Positions 60,316 through 64,000 of a stretch of DNA of 64,000 nucleotides are shown here, piece by piece. Position 1 is the first letter of the stretch, and each line of letters opens with the position of its first letter. The position numbers were made by a program, and so were the translations under genes. Below the pieces are notes generated by a model. That model made no database searches. It was given only the letters and a program-made list of their open reading frames with translations, and had not been told where the DNA came from. Origin of the DNA: a virus. The DNA lies in the IMG/VR virus record IMGVR_UViG_3300005264_000830, positions 65,405 through 129,404 of that record; one strand, given 5' to 3'.

Positions 60316-60813
60316 ATGGAACGAAAAGATAAAATAGTATTGACAAGAGGTTTTGAATATGTGGATTCAAAGTATTTAAAAAGCTATAGTGCTTGCGATG
60401 AAGTAATATTACCCTTACGAGGTACAGATATGTCAGCCGGTTATGATTTTTTTATGCCTTATGATATACTTATTGAGCCACAAGATAGTGTGTTTATTTG
60501 GACTGATGTTAGAGCTTACATGTTAGATGGAGAAGTATTAGAATTGTACCCGAGATCCTCTACTGGAGGAAAGCGAGATATATGTCTTAAAAATACTGTA
60601 GGCATTATAGATGCAGATTACTATGGTAATGAAAAGACAGGTGGAAATATAGGGCTGTTTCTAAGGAATTTTGGCACTACAGCTCAAAGATTTGAAAAGG
60701 GAGAAGCACTAGTCCAAGGTATATTCAAACAATTCCTTGTGTCAGACAACTGCAATAATAATGTTAAAAGAACAGGCGGTATTGGTAGTACTAGCTTTAA
60801 AATAGTTAAATAA
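60316..60813 (+). CDS. dut: Trimeric dUTPase
   Basis: SAGYD, PRSS, GIIDADY, LVQGIF and RTGGIGST motifs; SD AGGAG before ATG 60316. Confidence 0.92.
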   Translation: MERKDKIVLTRGFEYVDSKYLKSYSACDEVILPLRGTDMSAGYDFFMPYDILIEPQDSVFIWTDVRAYMLDGEVLELYPRSSTGGKRDICLKNTVGIIDADYYGNEKTGGNIGLFLRNFGTTAQRFEKGEALVQGIFKQFLVSDNCNNNVKRTGGIGSTSFKIVK

Positions 60814-60827
60814 GGAGGCAATAACTT

Positions 60828-63332
60828 ATGCCATTTATAGATGATTTTCAAGAAAAAATTTGGGGGGATAAATACCAATACAAAAACGAAACTTACGAAG
60901 GTTTTTGTGAACGTATAGCCTACTCAATTTTCCCAGATAATAAAATTAAAGCTGAAAGACTAAAGGAATCTCTTATGTCTTTCAGAACATTATTTGGAGG
61001 CAGAATAAATTCAAATATAGGCATAGATGAAAAAGGGCTTACTTTATTTAATTGTTTTATAGAAGCTACAGTTAAAAATCCTGATTCTTTAGAAGGTATT
61101 TTTGATGCTATAACTAAATATGGACTTACTTTAAAGAGTGAAGGTGGGGTAGGTTTCTGTGCTAATTATTTAAGGCCAGCAAATACTTTAATTAGAAAAG
61201 TTGGAGTGACTACTCCTGGAGCTATTAAGTTTTTAGAGATATTTGATAAAGTAAGTGAAGTAATAACTTCTGGAAGTGTTTCAAAAGAAGACAGTTATCA
61301 AGGGGAGCCTACTAAGAATAGTATTAGAAAGGGAGCTACCATGGTTACTCTTTCGTGTTGTCACCCAGATATAGAGGAATTTATTACAGCTAAATCTGTT
61401 CCTAATAAATTAACTAAAATGAATATGTCTGTGCTAATTACAGATGCGTTTATGTACGCAGTTGATAATGACTTAGATTGGAACTTATGGTTTCCAGATA
61501 TTAGTTATGAAAAATATGACGAGGAATGGGATGGAGATTTTGAAAAATGGGCAACAAAAGGGCATCCTACTATTGTTTATAAAACCATTAAAGCTAATTA
61601 CTTATGGGAACTACTTCTTAAGAGTTCTTATAATAGAAACGAACCAGGTATTTTATTTATAGATACTATTCGTAAGATGGACAACTTAAATTACTTAGAT
61701 AGTAGTATACTTGCTACTAACCCTTGCGGGGAAGTAGTTGGAAATACAGGGATAATCAAACATGAAGGCAAATCATATGAGTTAGGAGATATATGTAATC
61801 TAGGTTCATTAGTTCTACCGTACTATTATAATATGGAAACGAAAGTATTTGATGAGAAATTATTCGTTGAAGATGTAGAATTAATGGTAGAAGCTCTAGA
61901 TAATATAATAGATATATCAGACTACCCTTTAGATATGTACGAACAAGCGGCACTAATGAAGAGAAAAATAGGACTAGGTGTAGCAGGAGTCGGTTCTCTT
62001 TTCATGATGATGGGATTTAAATATGGAAGTGACGAGTCAGTAACTATTTTAGATAAAATTATGTTATTATTTATGAATACTGCTTATAAAAAATCGGCAT
62101 TATTAGCTAAAGAAAAAGGAAAGTTTAAACTGTATTCAGATGAGCTTCTTACTAGTGGTTATGTAGGTAATAGTACAGTACTACTAGATGATACTAAAGC
62201 GCTAATTAAAAAGCATGGGCTTAGACACAGTGCTGTAAGTGCAATAGCCCCTAATGGAACCTTAGCAATTCTTGCAGGAAATGTTTCTGGAGGATTAGAG
62301 CCAGTGTTTTCCCCAGAGTATACTAGATGGAATAGAGTAGAAGGTAAGAAAGTAGAATTTAATTACCCTAAGATACATAAAGGAGAATGGTTTGAGACAG
62401 AGTATTTAAAAGAGGAGACAATAGGTGATGAAGTAATACTTATGGCAACTGATGGTAAATATAGGGTAGATAAGAACCAAGGTTTATGTATTAAACAAAC
62501 TATTCGTGATTATGGTTATAATAAAGCTCTAGAGTATGGATTAACTACGTTTGATTCTGCTACTGAATTGTCTGTGCAGGAACATTTCAATATACTAAAT
62601 GTGTTTGCGAAATATATTGATTTATCTTGTAGTAAAACTATTAATCTTCCTAACGATATTTCTTTTGAGGATTTTAAATCTTTGTATGGAAATATTCATA
62701 AACAAGGTATTAAAGGTTGTACTACTTATAGGGAAGGGACTTCAGTAGCTATATTGGAGACTAAGAAAGAAGAGAAGCAACAAGTAATTAAAGAACAACA
62801 TAAGCAATTTCTAGAAGCTTTTAGAGGGCATGAAAACGGAGATATTATTAGAGATGTGGTAAAATTACCAGAAGAATTTCCTAGTAAAGGTTATATAATT
62901 AGGGCAGAGAATAAGAAATGGTATTTAAGTGTAGCATTTAAGGATGAGTGTATGACAAAACCATTTGCAATTTTTGTTAATAAAGCTATAGAGGCTTTAA
63001 TTAAAGCCGCTAGAAAGCATAGGCTAGGTGGAAAAAAGTTAGAAGATATTGAAAGAAAATTTATTCGTCAACAAAATTCAGTTAAAGTAGCTAGAATGTT
63101 AGGGTATTTATTAAGACATAATATGCCCATTATAGATATAGTACGTGCATTAGATACTGTCGAAGATGCGCATGTTGGAACGTTCGTATTTAGAATTAAA
63201 AAGTTCTTGATGCAATTTATAACTGAACCTGTTAATCTAGGTATAAAATGTATTCAATGTGGTAGTACTGATGTAGTACTACAGGAAGGGTGCTCACTTT
63301 GTAGAGGGTGTGGGTCGTCAAAGTGCTCATAG
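60828..63332 (+). CDS. nrdJ: Class II (B12-dependent) ribonucleotide reductase with C-terminal zinc ribbon
   Basis: GGRI..N, LFNCF, GGVG, RKGA.M, HPDIEEFI.AK, EPGILF.D, TNPCGE, CNLGS, AIAPNGT, SGGLEPVF, SKTINLP and KGCTTYR motifs; no small subunit adjacent. Confidence 0.85.
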   Translation: MPFIDDFQEKIWGDKYQYKNETYEGFCERIAYSIFPDNKIKAERLKESLMSFRTLFGGRINSNIGIDEKGLTLFNCFIEATVKNPDSLEGIFDAITKYGLTLKSEGGVGFCANYLRPANTLIRKVGVTTPGAIKFLEIFDKVSEVITSGSVSKEDSYQGEPTKNSIRKGATMVTLSCCHPDIEEFITAKSVPNKLTKMNMSVLITDAFMYAVDNDLDWNLWFPDISYEKYDEEWDGDFEKWATKGHPTIVYKTIKANYLWELLLKSSYNRNEPGILFIDTIRKMDNLNYLDSSILATNPCGEVVGNTGIIKHEGKSYELGDICNLGSLVLPYYYNMETKVFDEKLFVEDVELMVEALDNIIDISDYPLDMYEQAALMKRKIGLGVAGVGSLFMMMGFKYGSDESVTILDKIMLLFMNTAYKKSALLAKEKGKFKLYSDELLTSGYVGNSTVLLDDTKALIKKHGLRHSAVSAIAPNGTLAILAGNVSGGLEPVFSPEYTRWNRVEGKKVEFNYPKIHKGEWFETEYLKEETIGDEVILMATDGKYRVDKNQGLCIKQTIRDYGYNKALEYGLTTFDSATELSVQEHFNILNVFAKYIDLSCSKTINLPNDISFEDFKSLYGNIHKQGIKGCTTYREGTSVAILETKKEEKQQVIKEQHKQFLEAFRGHENGDIIRDVVKLPEEFPSKGYIIRAENKKWYLSVAFKDECMTKPFAIFVNKAIEALIKAARKHRLGGKKLEDIERKFIRQQNSVKVARMLGYLLRHNMPIIDIVRALDTVEDAHVGTFVFRIKKFLMQFITEPVNLGIKCIQCGSTDVVLQEGCSLCRGCGSSKCS

Positions 63333-63382
63333 AAATACTTAATAAATGATAATAATTAAAGGATAAATAATAAAAAAAAGAC

Positions 63383-63410
63383 TTGACAAATATTAAATGA
63401 GAATTATATT
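63383..63410 (+). promoter_or_regulatory. Sigma70-like promoter TTGACA-N16-TATATT upstream of dnaK
   Basis: Intergenic; followed by a small hairpin GTTCTTC-ATA-GAAGAAC (63421-63437) and SD AGGAGG. Confidence 0.65.
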
Positions 63411-63475
63411 ATAAAAATAAGTTCTTCATAGAAGAACAATAAAACAAAATTAATTTAAAAGGAGGAGTAAAAAGT

Positions 63476-64000
63476 ATGAGTAGAGTAATAGGAATTGATT
63501 TAGGAACAACCAATTCATGCATTTCAATTATGGAAGCAGGTGGTGAAGCTAAGATTATTCAGAATTCTGATGGAGGGAGAACAACCTCTTCGGTAGTAGC
63601 TATCACAGAGAATGATGAACGAGTAGTAGGACAGACTGCAAAACGACAGGCTGTTACTAACCCTGAAAATACTGTATTCGCTGTGAAACGACTAATAGGA
63701 AGAAAATTTAAGTCGGATGAGGTACAAAATGATATTTCAGTATTACCATATAAACTAGAGGGGGCTTCTAATGGAGATATTAGAATTAGTTTGAGAGATA
63801 AACAGTATAGTCCCGCAGAAATATCGTCCTTTATATTAGCAGACATAAAGAAATCAGCTGAGGATTATCTTGGAGAAGAAGTCACAGAAGCTGTTGTTAC
63901 TGTACCTGCCTATTTTAACGATAGTCAGAGACAAGCCACAAAAGATGCAGGTAAAATTGCAGGTCTTGAAGTAAAACGTATTATTAATGAGCCTACAGCA
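63476..64000 (+). CDS. dnaK: Chaperone DnaK (Hsp70), 3' partial; missing from the ORF track
   Basis: [15 protein letters not shown]...[12 protein letters not shown]...[34 protein letters not shown]. Confidence 0.97.
   Translation, partial: MSRVIGIDLGTTNSCISIMEAGGEAKIIQNSDGGRTTSSVVAITENDERVVGQTAKRQAVTNPENTVFAVKRLIGRKFKSDEVQNDISVLPYKLEGASNGDIRISLRDKQYSPAEISSFILADIKKSAEDYLGEEVTEAVVTVPAYFNDSQRQATKDAGKIAGLEVKRIINEPTA

Noticed and set aside
63333-63475. CIRCE operator upstream of dnaK
   Set aside because: No TTAGCACTC-N9-GAGTGCTAA match; only a short 7-bp hairpin is present.
3349-63846. Numerous minus-strand and short alternate-frame ORFs in the supplied track outside 40.5-42.3 kb
   Set aside because: They lie within long, motif-supported plus-strand genes and have no recognisable motifs; treated as shadow ORFs (for example 63559..63846 is antisense to dnaK).
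1-64000. Stop-codon reassignment, as seen in some large phages
   Set aside because: Coding density is near complete in code 11, and TAA, TAG and TGA all end genes directly before the next start.
1-64000. tRNA or rRNA genes
   Set aside because: No cloverleaf or rRNA-like sequence was noticed in the few intergenic gaps; a tRNAscan run would be needed to exclude them formally.

Overview
AT-rich, densely coding, almost entirely plus-strand segment that reads as part of a large (probably jumbo) tailed phage genome in the standard genetic code. 1-28.9 kb is a run of ten very large virion/tail-appendage-type genes: DUF2341-like, LamG, SPRY, beta-helix and carbohydrate-binding-like modules, including a 3499-aa fibre. 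29-39 kb is a replication/recombination block: sliding clamp, RecA, DnaB, primase, SSB, DnaJ, RuvC-like, Cas4-like nuclease. 39-54 kb is a glycan-biosynthesis block of about 15 genes, interrupted at 40.5-42.3 kb by a minus-strand array of five integron attC-like sites, one cassette of which looks like a type I toxin. 54-64 kb holds a DNA methyltransferase-nuclease fusion, DnaX, intein-containing PolA, dUTPase, class II RNR and DnaK. Best candidate for an undescribed system: a T-x-S-G motif strongly enriched in the virion proteins, together with the phage's own sugar-synthesis and glycosyltransferase cluster, suggesting sequon-directed O-glycosylation of the virion. Also notable: the attC array without an integrase in the window, an intein in a glycosyltransferase, and at least four apparent internal deletions (PolA motif C, primase DxD, racemase, a methyltransferase/glycosyltransferase chimera) that may be assembly artefacts. 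All family calls come from motif recognition by eye; no searches were run, and counts are manual.
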